From assembly GCA_964646485.1 (NCBI GenBank), contig CAZYEA010000001.1, forward strand, positions 1 through 58,610: a stretch of DNA of 58,610 nt, written 5' to 3'. Under the pieces are notes generated by a model. The model saw nothing but the letters and a program-made list of their open reading frames with translations. It was not told the origin of the DNA and searched no databases. The DNA is from an uncultured Acidobacteriota bacterium (lineage in GTDB: Bacteria; Acidobacteriota; Vicinamibacteria; Fen-336; JAGNNV01). Positions 1-8,060 of the stretch are shown piece after piece (the first letter of the stretch is position 1; every line of letters begins with the position of its first letter). The translations under genes and the position numbers were made by a program.

Positions 1-474
1 ATGGCCAAGGGGGTTGCCGTTGGCCCTCACTCGGAACTCGATCCCTTCTACTGGATTCAGGCGATGGAGCACGAACGGAGCACCGACGCCGTGCTGAGCG
101 GCGCCGCGTCGAAAGTGCTCTCCTCGGCCAACGAGCTGTTCTCGTATACGTACGAGATCGGCGGCGATTCCGTCAGGACGAAGCCCCGCTTCGAATACAC
201 CAACCACACCGTGGATGGGACCTTCGTGCTCAAGACGCTCAGTTGGGTGAGCTTCGTCAACTCGAGAGGCGCCGCCCCGGGCGAAGGCTCTTATGACACC
301 GTCTCCTTCGCCGGCTTTGGCACCTGGAGCCGCGACCCGAGCCAGGGACTTCATCCGGTCTGTGCGCAGATCTGCGAGGCCAAGGCGCTGCCCTATGTGA
401 GCATCCAGATCGGGGGCGGGCGGATTTCGAACGTCAATACGAAACCCCCGAACCTCGACGACGTGCGGCCCTGA
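1..474 (+). CDS. hypothetical protein, probably a C-terminal fragment (frame is open at the window edge)
   Basis: Open frame from base 1 to TGA at 472-474 with G/C-rich third positions; no motif I recognise. Confidence 0.4.
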   Translation: MAKGVAVGPHSELDPFYWIQAMEHERSTDAVLSGAASKVLSSANELFSYTYEIGGDSVRTKPRFEYTNHTVDGTFVLKTLSWVSFVNSRGAAPGEGSYDTVSFAGFGTWSRDPSQGLHPVCAQICEAKALPYVSIQIGGGRISNVNTKPPNLDDVRP

Positions 475-493
475 TCGACCTCGTCGCGCCTGA

Positions 494-2179
494 ATGAAAC
501 GGGTTCTTCTCCTGGGAGGGCCAGGCGAGCTCACCCGCGTGGTGGCGGAGCGCCTGCGCGAAGGCAAAGACGTCGAATCGTGCCAGGTGGTCGACCTCCG
601 GGGTGAAGCCGAGCCGCAACTCCCCGACGCTTCAGGATTCGAGGTCGTCTACTTGGGCCCCGCCATCGGCGAGCGCGGCTCGCCTCCAAGTCCGGAGCGG
701 GCGGAAGCCCGGCTGCGCGCTCTGGCGGACGCGGGCGCGCGGTCGATCATCGTGGTTTCGAGCGCTGCCGTCTTTCCGCCACGGCATCCGCATCCCGGCA
801 TGGTGGATGAGGCTCGTCCGCCCCTGCGCGGCGCCAACGCGACCGCCGACCTTTGGGCCGCTCTCGAAAGCGCGGCCCGGCGCGTCTTCGACGCTCACCC
901 CTCCATCACGCACACCATCGTCCGACCCGCGGCGGTGCCCACCCACGACGGCGATGACTACGTCTCCCGCGTCCTGCGAGGCCGAATCGCGGCGACCTGC
1001 GTGGGGCATGACCCATCCATTCAGCTGCTCAGCGCCTCTGACCTGGGTCGGGCCCTTGCCGCCATCGTCGAATCCGGAAGCGCGGGACTCTTCCACGTGG
1101 TGCCTTCGGGCGTGGTCCCGGTGCACAAAGCCCTGGCCCTCGCTCGGACGCTGCGTGTGCCGCTGCCTTCCTGGCTGCAGCGTCTCGGGCGTTTTGCTCT
1201 GAGCGGGCTGGGTGTCGCACCCTGGGCCGAGGCTGAGCGCCTCCGGTATTCGTCGACCGTCTCGGGCCGGAAGATCGAAGAGTCCATCGGCTTCAGGCCC
1301 CAGATGTCCAGCGCGGAGGTGGCCGCGACATTCGGCGGGCGAGGGGCGGTTCCCGGAGGTTCCGTTCCCTCGTTCGACCCCTACGGCCAGGACAAACAGT
1401 ACATCGGCTGGCTGCATCGCACCATCATGGGCTTTCTGCACAACGTCTGGTGGCGGGTCGAGCTTTCGGGGATCGAGAACGTTCCGCAGCAGGGAGGCGC
1501 CGTGCTGACCGGCGTCCATCGGGGATTCATGCCCTTCGACGGCACCATGCTGCTCTACGACGTGGTCAAGCGGGTGGGTCGATACCCGCGCTTCCTGATC
1601 CACCCGAATCTGGTGAAAGAGGTCTTCCTCGCGGACTTCATCACCCGGCAGGGAGGGGTCATCGCCTGCCGGCAGAACGCCGACTGGGTCTTGCAGCGGG
1701 GCGACCTGCTCGGGTTTTTCCCGGAGGGCGTCGAAGGAGCGTTCAGCTACTACTGGGTCGCCCACCGCCTCTGCGCGGACTTCGGCCGGGACGAGTTCGT
1801 CAAGACCGCGCTCAGAAACCGCGTTCCCATCGTCCCCTTCGTCACCGTGGGGAATGTGGAGATGTTCCCGATGCTCGCGAAGTTCGACTGGGAGTGGTGG
1901 AAGCGGATGACCGGCTGGCCGTGCTTCCCGATCGCTCCTCCTTTTCCGTTGCTGCCCATACCACTCCCCACGAAGTGGCATACCATGATCCTCGAACCGC
2001 TCCACGTCGAGGAGGCTTACGGTCCCGAAGCGGCGAGCGACGAGCAGACGGTCGCGAAGATCGGGAACGAAGTGCGGACGCGCCTGCAGGCGGCCATAGA
2101 CGACATGCGCGCCCGGCGCCGATGGATCTTCTTCGGCTCGATCTTCAAGCCCGCGGCCTCGCCAGTTAAGTTAAGCTGA
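494..2179 (+). CDS. fusion protein: N-terminal NAD(P)-binding SDR/epimerase-like domain plus C-terminal PlsC/LPLAT-type acyltransferase domain
   Basis: 561 aa. N-terminus 'VLLLGGPGELTRVVAERL' is a Rossmann-type Gly-rich turn. C-terminal half has acyltransferase blocks 'GVHRGFMPFDG' (His...Asp) and 'GFFPEGVEG' (FPEG block). Confidence 0.7.
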   Translation: MKRVLLLGGPGELTRVVAERLREGKDVESCQVVDLRGEAEPQLPDASGFEVVYLGPAIGERGSPPSPERAEARLRALADAGARSIIVVSSAAVFPPRHPHPGMVDEARPPLRGANATADLWAALESAARRVFDAHPSITHTIVRPAAVPTHDGDDYVSRVLRGRIAATCVGHDPSIQLLSASDLGRALAAIVESGSAGLFHVVPSGVVPVHKALALARTLRVPLPSWLQRLGRFALSGLGVAPWAEAERLRYSSTVSGRKIEESIGFRPQMSSAEVAATFGGRGAVPGGSVPSFDPYGQDKQYIGWLHRTIMGFLHNVWWRVELSGIENVPQQGGAVLTGVHRGFMPFDGTMLLYDVVKRVGRYPRFLIHPNLVKEVFLADFITRQGGVIACRQNADWVLQRGDLLGFFPEGVEGAFSYYWVAHRLCADFGRDEFVKTALRNRVPIVPFVTVGNVEMFPMLAKFDWEWWKRMTGWPCFPIAPPFPLLPIPLPTKWHTMILEPLHVEEAYGPEAASDEQTVAKIGNEVRTRLQAAIDDMRARRRWIFFGSIFKPAASPVKLS

Positions 2180-2281
2180 TTTCGAGGTGCAGCGATTCGG
2201 TGTTCTCGATAGACGCAGGACCGCTTTGGCCGGCCTTCTGACTCAGACGTCCGGGCTTCGAATCCGCGGGGGAGTCGTGAG

Positions 2282-2509
2282 ATGCCGGTGAGCGTCGAAG
2301 CCATCCAGGAACTGGTGGGGCGGCAGCTCGGCCGGCGCGGCGTCAAGCCCGACGACCATCTGGTGGCCGATCTGGGCGTCGAGTCCATAGACATCCTGAA
2401 TCTGGTGAGGGCGGTCGAGGCGAAGTTCCAGGTCTCGATCAGCGACGATGAAATCGCCGGCCTTCAAACCGTGCGCGATCTCCACGCCGTCGTGCTGAAG
2501 AAGCAGTGA
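2282..2509 (+). CDS. acyl carrier protein (ACP-1)
   Basis: 75 aa with 'ADLGVESIDILNLV' phosphopantetheine-attachment block (Ser in GVES); GGGGGAG Shine-Dalgarno about 7 nt upstream of the ATG. Confidence 0.75.
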   Translation: MPVSVEAIQELVGRQLGRRGVKPDDHLVADLGVESIDILNLVRAVEAKFQVSISDDEIAGLQTVRDLHAVVLKKQ

Positions 2510-2521
2510 GGGCGCCGCAGC

Positions 2522-4108
2522 GTGAGTGAGATCGCGACCCTCGTCGAGATGCTCGAGCGCCGGGTCCAGGCGACGCCCGGAAAGCCCGCCTTTTCGTGGG
2601 AGCGCGAGGAGACAACCTACGAACAGCTGTGGGCCCGCGTCGAACGCTTTGTCGCCCACCTGAAGGGTCTGGGGGTCGCCCCCGGTGATCGCGTGCTGCT
2701 GGTGCTTCCGAACGGGCCCGAGTTCTTCTATGGCTTCTATGCGGTCCTCCTGCGCAGCGCCATCGTGGTGCCGGTGTTCCCGGGTTCCGGCCCCGAGCGC
2801 GTGCTCTCTCGCGCGCGCCACTGCGGAGCGCGGGTGGTGGTGGCCCCCTCGGATACCGAGCCCGGCAAGCTCGAGGAGCTCGGGACCGCCGTCCCTGGAA
2901 GCGAGATCCGGGTCACCACCTTCGCGGAGAGCGCGGCCGCGGCCCCGCACCTCGAGCGCCCCGCGATCGCTTCCGACGACGTGGCCATGCTTCAGTACAC
3001 CTCCGGAAGCACCGGCGATCCCAAGGGCGTTCAGCTCTCTCACCGCGGACTGATCACGAACGTCCGCCAGATGATCGCGGGGATGCGCATCACGGAGGAC
3101 GAGATCTTCGTGAGCTGGCTGCCCGTGTACCACGACATGGGCCTGATCCTCAAGACCATGGTGCCCTTCTATCTCGGGGCTCGCCTGATCCTGCTCCCGA
3201 CGAACCTCACCAACGTCCGCACCTGGCTTCAGGCCATCCAGGATCATCGCGGGACCTTCACCGCCGCCCCCGATTTCGCGTACCGGCTGTGCGTCCGCTC
3301 CATCAAGGATCCGGGCGCCTATGACTTGTCCAGCCTGCGGGTAGCCCTGAACGCGGCCGAACCGGTGCGCGAGTCGACCATCCTCGAGTTCGAGAAGGCG
3401 TTCCGTCTCGACCGGGTGATGGTTGGAGGCTACGGACTCGCCGAGGCCACGGTGGGGGTTTCGATGTGGCCCCCCGGATCGAGGCCGGCCGTTGATCCGC
3501 ACGGTCTTGTCTCGGTGGGCCCGCCCTTTCCCGAGATACAGCTCCAGATCGTGGACGAGGGCCGGCCGCTGCCGCCCCGGGAGATCGGGAGCATCCTGAT
3601 CAAGAGCCCGGCCAACACCCGCGGCTATTGGGAGAACCCCGAGGCGACGGCCGAGATCCGCCGACCCGATGGTTTCATCGACAGCGGAGACCTCGGCTGT
3701 CTCGACGAGGCCGGCAACCTCTACATCGCCGGCCGCAAGAAGAACATCATCATTACCGCGGGGCGAAACGTCGCCCCCCGGGAGCTCGAGGAGATCGCGG
3801 ATTCCTTCAAGGAGATTCGCGGCTCCGCCGCCATCGGGGTCGATCGCGGAAACCTCGAGGGCGAGCAGGCCTACCTCTTCGCCGAGATGCGCCGCCCCCT
3901 TTCGGAGCCGGAAGGAGCCGAGCTGTCGCTCGCCATCGTGGAGAGGATCCACCAGCAGCTGGGCCTGCGCCCAGGCCGCGTCTACATCGTCAAGCCCCGG
4001 ACCATCCCGCGCACCTACAACGGGAAGATCCAATACCCCTCGCTGAGGGCGCGCTACCTGAGCGGCGAGCTCCGTGCCGACGGACAGATCCTCTTCCCCG
4101 AGTATTGA
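2522..4108 (+). CDS. AMP-dependent ligase, fatty-acyl-AMP-ligase (FAAL)-like adenylase
   Basis: 528 aa; adenylation core 'LQYTSGSTGDPKGVQLSH', 'GYGLAEATV', 'SGDLG...GRKKNIIITAGRNV'; GTG start 13 nt after the ACP stop. Confidence 0.85.
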   Translation: MSEIATLVEMLERRVQATPGKPAFSWEREETTYEQLWARVERFVAHLKGLGVAPGDRVLLVLPNGPEFFYGFYAVLLRSAIVVPVFPGSGPERVLSRARHCGARVVVAPSDTEPGKLEELGTAVPGSEIRVTTFAESAAAAPHLERPAIASDDVAMLQYTSGSTGDPKGVQLSHRGLITNVRQMIAGMRITEDEIFVSWLPVYHDMGLILKTMVPFYLGARLILLPTNLTNVRTWLQAIQDHRGTFTAAPDFAYRLCVRSIKDPGAYDLSSLRVALNAAEPVRESTILEFEKAFRLDRVMVGGYGLAEATVGVSMWPPGSRPAVDPHGLVSVGPPFPEIQLQIVDEGRPLPPREIGSILIKSPANTRGYWENPEATAEIRRPDGFIDSGDLGCLDEAGNLYIAGRKKNIIITAGRNVAPRELEEIADSFKEIRGSAAIGVDRGNLEGEQAYLFAEMRRPLSEPEGAELSLAIVERIHQQLGLRPGRVYIVKPRTIPRTYNGKIQYPSLRARYLSGELRADGQILFPEY

Positions 4109-4157
4109 GTCCCCGGCCCGCCCCGGCCAGTCGGGTGACGCCCGAGGCAGTGCGCCG

Positions 4158-4775
4158 ATGAGCCGCGCCGAGATGCTTCGGGCCGTCCAGAACTACCAGA
4201 TCGCGCGGATGCGTTCGACCCACGAAGCGCTCTTCCGATCGCCGGCCTATCGACCACTCTGCGAGTTCTTCCTCGAGGATCTGTACGGTCCTCGGGAAAT
4301 CGGCACGTCCCGTGCGGGGGCCCTTCATTCCCTGGTCGCGGCCCTGCGCCCGGTGCTGCCGGCCTGGATCCACGACGGTGCCCTCGGGCTCATCGACCTT
4401 CACTCGCTCTCCGAGCGGCTCGACGAACGGCTGGCCCGCGTGCTTCTTTCGCGTGGGGCTCCAAGCCCGCTCGAGACCGCGGACTTCGAGTCCGCCTACG
4501 TCGGCTGCGACGACCGCGAGGAGCGTCTCCAGCAGATCGCCCTTTCGGCCGCGGCCACGCGTTTCGGCCATGCGCTCGCCACCCACCCCTCGTCGGCCCG
4601 GCTGCTGGATGGGGCGCGCCGGCTGCGCGGCCTGCCGCGTCTGGAGCCGCTGTTGGCCATGCTGGAGCGAGGTTCGCGCGGCTTCGTTCTGGCCGACGCC
4701 ATCGACCCTTTCGTCGAGGCCATGCGCGCGGGCGAGACCGCGTACCTGAACGGGGTTTACGAGAGAGCGCGATGA
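4158..4775 (+). CDS. conserved-looking hypothetical protein with 'CEFFLEDLYGP' motif
   Basis: ATG at 4158 inside ORF 4074..4775 (the upstream part overlaps the ligase 3' end); helical-looking, G/C-rich third positions. From memory it resembles the RefSeq name 'FFLEELY motif protein'; unverified. Confidence 0.5.
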   Translation: MSRAEMLRAVQNYQIARMRSTHEALFRSPAYRPLCEFFLEDLYGPREIGTSRAGALHSLVAALRPVLPAWIHDGALGLIDLHSLSERLDERLARVLLSRGAPSPLETADFESAYVGCDDREERLQQIALSAAATRFGHALATHPSSARLLDGARRLRGLPRLEPLLAMLERGSRGFVLADAIDPFVEAMRAGETAYLNGVYERAR

Positions 4776-4835
4776 TATTCTCCCCGTCCGCTTTAGCCGA
4801 CCTATTCCCCCTCAGCCTTTGGAGACCAATAGACC

Positions 4836-6620
4836 ATGAGCGAGCCGCAGCCTGACGTCGTGATCCTCGGAGGAGGACTCGCTGGCCAGACCCTGGCCCG
4901 GCATCTGTTGCTCGACACCGACAAGCGGATCCTGATGCTCGAGCGGCGGGACGAGATCCCGTGGTTCCACCAGAAGGTAGGGGAGTCGAGCGTTCAGCTC
5001 GCGGGCCACTACTTCGGCAAAGTCCTCGGGCTCGAGAGCTACCTGCTCCACGAGCATTTCCTGAAGTACAACCTGCGCTTCTACTTCCCGAGCCGGGGGA
5101 GGGACAACACCCGCTTCGAGGACTACGGCCACATCTCGATCCGGCCCTTCTCGAACGTTCCCAGCTACCAGCTCAACCGCAACACGATGGAAGCGGAAAT
5201 CTTCCGGCGGAACAAGGAATCGGACCGCTTCACTGTGGTGACGGGAGTCAAGGATCTCGACGTGGACATCGTCCCCGATGGCGATCACGTCGTCCGCTAC
5301 AAGACCGACGCGGGCTCGGTCACGGTCAACACCCGCTGGGTGGTCGACGCCTCCGGGCGCAACCGTTTCCTGGCCCGGAAATTGGGCCTGCGCCGGCCCA
5401 TGCCCATTCACAACGACACCTTCTTCTGGTGGGTGGAGGGCACGGTCGACATCGAGAAGCTGACCGATCGCTCCCGACAGGAGGTGCGCCTGAAGAAAGA
5501 GCGCGGCACCCTCGGCCATCTCCCGGTCTTCCTCGCCACCAACCACTTCTGCGTCGAAGGGCTGTGGTTCTGGGTGATTCCCCTTCAGGGCAAGACCAGT
5601 CTCGGCCTCGTCTACGACAGCAAAGTCCACAAGCACGAGGACATGAACTCGGTCGAGAAAGCGAACGCGTGGGTCTTCAAGCATTTCCCCCTGTTCGCTC
5701 GCGACCTGCCGAACCGGAAGGTCCTCGACTTCGGGACCATTCGCCAGTACTCCCACAGCTGTGAGCGGACCATCAGTCCGGATCGCTGGGCCATGACCGG
5801 CGAGGCCGGCCGTTTCACCGACCCTCTCTACAGCCCCGGCAGCGACCTGATCTCGACCTACAACACCATGATCGTCGCGGCCATCCAGATGGACGATCCG
5901 GAAGAGCGAACCCGGACCATCGAGACCTACGAGCAGATGATGCGGGCCCTGGCCAACGCCTACGTGCCCAGTTACGGTGTGAGCTACGACTGCCTCGGCG
6001 ACGAAGAGGCTTTCTCCATGAAGTATGCATGGGAGTTGTCCGTCTACTTCATCGCCTACGTCTACCCCTTCATCAACGACCTGTTCTCCGATCGCCGCTT
6101 CCTCATCGGCTTCATGCGCTTCTTCAGCAAGCTGGGTCCGATCAACAACTCCCTGCACAAACTGCTGAGCGATTTCTTCCATTGGAAGAAAGCGCAGAAC
6201 ATGCTGGCGCCGCAGGGCGATCCGATCTTCTTCGATCTCTACGACATCGGCACGCTCAAGGAAGCGGAGAAGTTCTTTTACAAGATCGGCACCGAGGCCG
6301 ACGAGGCCCGCGACGCCCTCTTCGCGCAGCTCGGGCCGCTCGAGGAACTGGCGCGCTTCATCGTGGCCCACATCACCTCCGTCGTGGTGGGCGACCCGCG
6401 CGTCATGGAGAACAAGGCCTTCATCGAGGGGATCGACCTGCGGGGGGAGGGCTTTTCGCTCGACGACCTGCGACGTCGCTGGCAGGAGGTCTCCTCCAAA
6501 GACAGCACCGATCGCTTCATGTGGTCCTTCGATCCCAAGGTGATGAATCGCTTCCGGCACATGCCCAAGGACATGCCTATGACCGCCGCCCCGGCCCAGG
6601 TTGGAGGAATGGCGGGCTGA
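4836..6620 (+). CDS. flavin-dependent halogenase
   Basis: 594 aa; 'VVILGGGLAGQTLA' FAD fold, 'KVGES' lysine block (Lys codon 4974-4976), 'WFWVIP' = WxWxIP signature (5565-5582), 'FTDPLYSPG' = FxxPxxSxG block. Confidence 0.8.
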   Translation: MSEPQPDVVILGGGLAGQTLARHLLLDTDKRILMLERRDEIPWFHQKVGESSVQLAGHYFGKVLGLESYLLHEHFLKYNLRFYFPSRGRDNTRFEDYGHISIRPFSNVPSYQLNRNTMEAEIFRRNKESDRFTVVTGVKDLDVDIVPDGDHVVRYKTDAGSVTVNTRWVVDASGRNRFLARKLGLRRPMPIHNDTFFWWVEGTVDIEKLTDRSRQEVRLKKERGTLGHLPVFLATNHFCVEGLWFWVIPLQGKTSLGLVYDSKVHKHEDMNSVEKANAWVFKHFPLFARDLPNRKVLDFGTIRQYSHSCERTISPDRWAMTGEAGRFTDPLYSPGSDLISTYNTMIVAAIQMDDPEERTRTIETYEQMMRALANAYVPSYGVSYDCLGDEEAFSMKYAWELSVYFIAYVYPFINDLFSDRRFLIGFMRFFSKLGPINNSLHKLLSDFFHWKKAQNMLAPQGDPIFFDLYDIGTLKEAEKFFYKIGTEADEARDALFAQLGPLEELARFIVAHITSVVVGDPRVMENKAFIEGIDLRGEGFSLDDLRRRWQEVSSKDSTDRFMWSFDPKVMNRFRHMPKDMPMTAAPAQVGGMAG

Positions 6621-8049
6621 TGGTCCGCCCTTGAACGAGAGCGAGTCGCTGGTCGAGAGGGCCTTCACCCTTCGCTTTTCCGAGCGAAGCTACGAGGTGC
6701 GGGACGTCGAGGGCAAGGTTCCGGAGTTCGTGCGAGGCACGTACTACAGCAACGGTCCGTCGCGCCACGCCATCGGCCCCCTGCGGTACCGGCACCTGCT
6801 CGACGGGGATGGCATGGTGCGGTCCCTGCGTTTCGAAGATGGCCGGATCCACTTCCAGAATCGCTTCGTGCGCTCGCGCAAGTTCCGCGAGGAAGAGCAG
6901 GCGGGCGCCGCCCTGTTTCGCACCTTCGGAACCCGCTTTCCCGGGGACCGGCTGAATCAGTACGGCGTGGGCATCGAGTCTCCGGTGAACGTGAGCGTCT
7001 GGCGCTTCGCCGGGCGGTTGCTGGCGTTTGGAGAGCAGGGATTGCCCTGGGAGCTCGATCCCTTGACCCTCGAGACCCGAGGCCTCTTCACCTTCGGTGG
7101 CTACCTGAACGAGATCAGTCCCTTCTCCGCGCACCCGAAGATCGACGCGGTGAGCGGCGACCTTTTCAATTTCGGCTTGTCCTTTTCGAACGAACGACCG
7201 GTGGTGAACCTCTATCGCTTCGACGAAAGCGGCCGACTCGTCTATCGACGCCGTGAGCCCGTGCCCGATCCCTGCTCGGTCCACGATTTCTGCCTGAGCC
7301 CGAGCTACGTGATCGTCTATCTCAACGGCTTCGTCCTCGACATCGCCGCGATCCGTGAGGGCGGCAGCACGATCCAGGAATCCCTCAGCTTCGAGCCGGA
7401 GCGAGGGTCCCGTCTGTTGATCGCGGATCGGGAGACCGGGCGCCGGGTGGCCGAGGTGCCGGTGGGCTCCTCTTACTCGCTGCATACGATCAACGCCTTC
7501 GAGGAGGCGGGGCGTCTCATCTACGACGTGATCGAACTCGACGAGCCGGTCTATGGCGACTACGAGGTGATTCCCGAGATCTTCACCGCGGTGAAGCCGG
7601 GTCGCCCCGTTCGCTATGTGATCGACACCGGAACCTGGCGGGTGATCGATCGAATCGCCCTCCCCTCCGCCACGTCATTGGACTTTCCCGCCATCGACCC
7701 GCGGCGCGCCACCCTTCCAAACGACGACTTCTGGATGCTGAATCTGTCGAAGACCGGGCAGCCGGGCCGCAAGTACTTCGACGAACTGGCTCACGGGAGC
7801 TTCGCGAGCCGGACCATCACCGACACCTTCCGTTTGCCGGAGCGGTTCTATTTCGGGAGCGAGCCGACCTTCCTGCCCGGGCCGGACCACGCTTCTTCGG
7901 GGCTGATCCTTTTGAAGCGCTTCGATGCCGAGCGCGAGCGGGACGCCTACCTGCTCTTCGATGCGCGCTCGGTGGCCGCGGGTCCCCTTGCCGTGCTGCA
8001 CTGCGAGGAAGCGACGCCTCCCTGCTTCCACGGTTCCTACTACCCGTAG
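6601..8049 (+). CDS. carotenoid oxygenase family (carotenoid/stilbene cleavage dioxygenase-like)
   Basis: 482 aa; 'GKVPEFVRGTYYSNGP' N-terminal block and four candidate iron-ligand His ('SAHPKID','VHDFCLS','LHTINAF','CFHGSYY'). Start uncertain: TTG 6601 overlaps the halogenase 3' end by 20 nt, and TTG 6631 is an alternative. Confidence 0.8.
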   Translation: MEEWRADGPPLNESESLVERAFTLRFSERSYEVRDVEGKVPEFVRGTYYSNGPSRHAIGPLRYRHLLDGDGMVRSLRFEDGRIHFQNRFVRSRKFREEEQAGAALFRTFGTRFPGDRLNQYGVGIESPVNVSVWRFAGRLLAFGEQGLPWELDPLTLETRGLFTFGGYLNEISPFSAHPKIDAVSGDLFNFGLSFSNERPVVNLYRFDESGRLVYRRREPVPDPCSVHDFCLSPSYVIVYLNGFVLDIAAIREGGSTIQESLSFEPERGSRLLIADRETGRRVAEVPVGSSYSLHTINAFEEAGRLIYDVIELDEPVYGDYEVIPEIFTAVKPGRPVRYVIDTGTWRVIDRIALPSATSLDFPAIDPRRATLPNDDFWMLNLSKTGQPGRKYFDELAHGSFASRTITDTFRLPERFYFGSEPTFLPGPDHASSGLILLKRFDAERERDAYLLFDARSVAAGPLAVLHCEEATPPCFHGSYYP

Positions 8050-8060
8050 CGCCCCCGGGC

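Noticed and set aside
632-6668. Very long antisense ORFs (632..2005, 2243..4033 and 4812..6668 on the minus strand) opposite the acyltransferase, ligase and halogenase genes
   Set aside because: These are typical shadow ORFs of GC-rich DNA. Their translations are Arg/Gly/Pro/Ala-rich and low in complexity, with no motifs. The sense-strand proteins carry clear family signatures.
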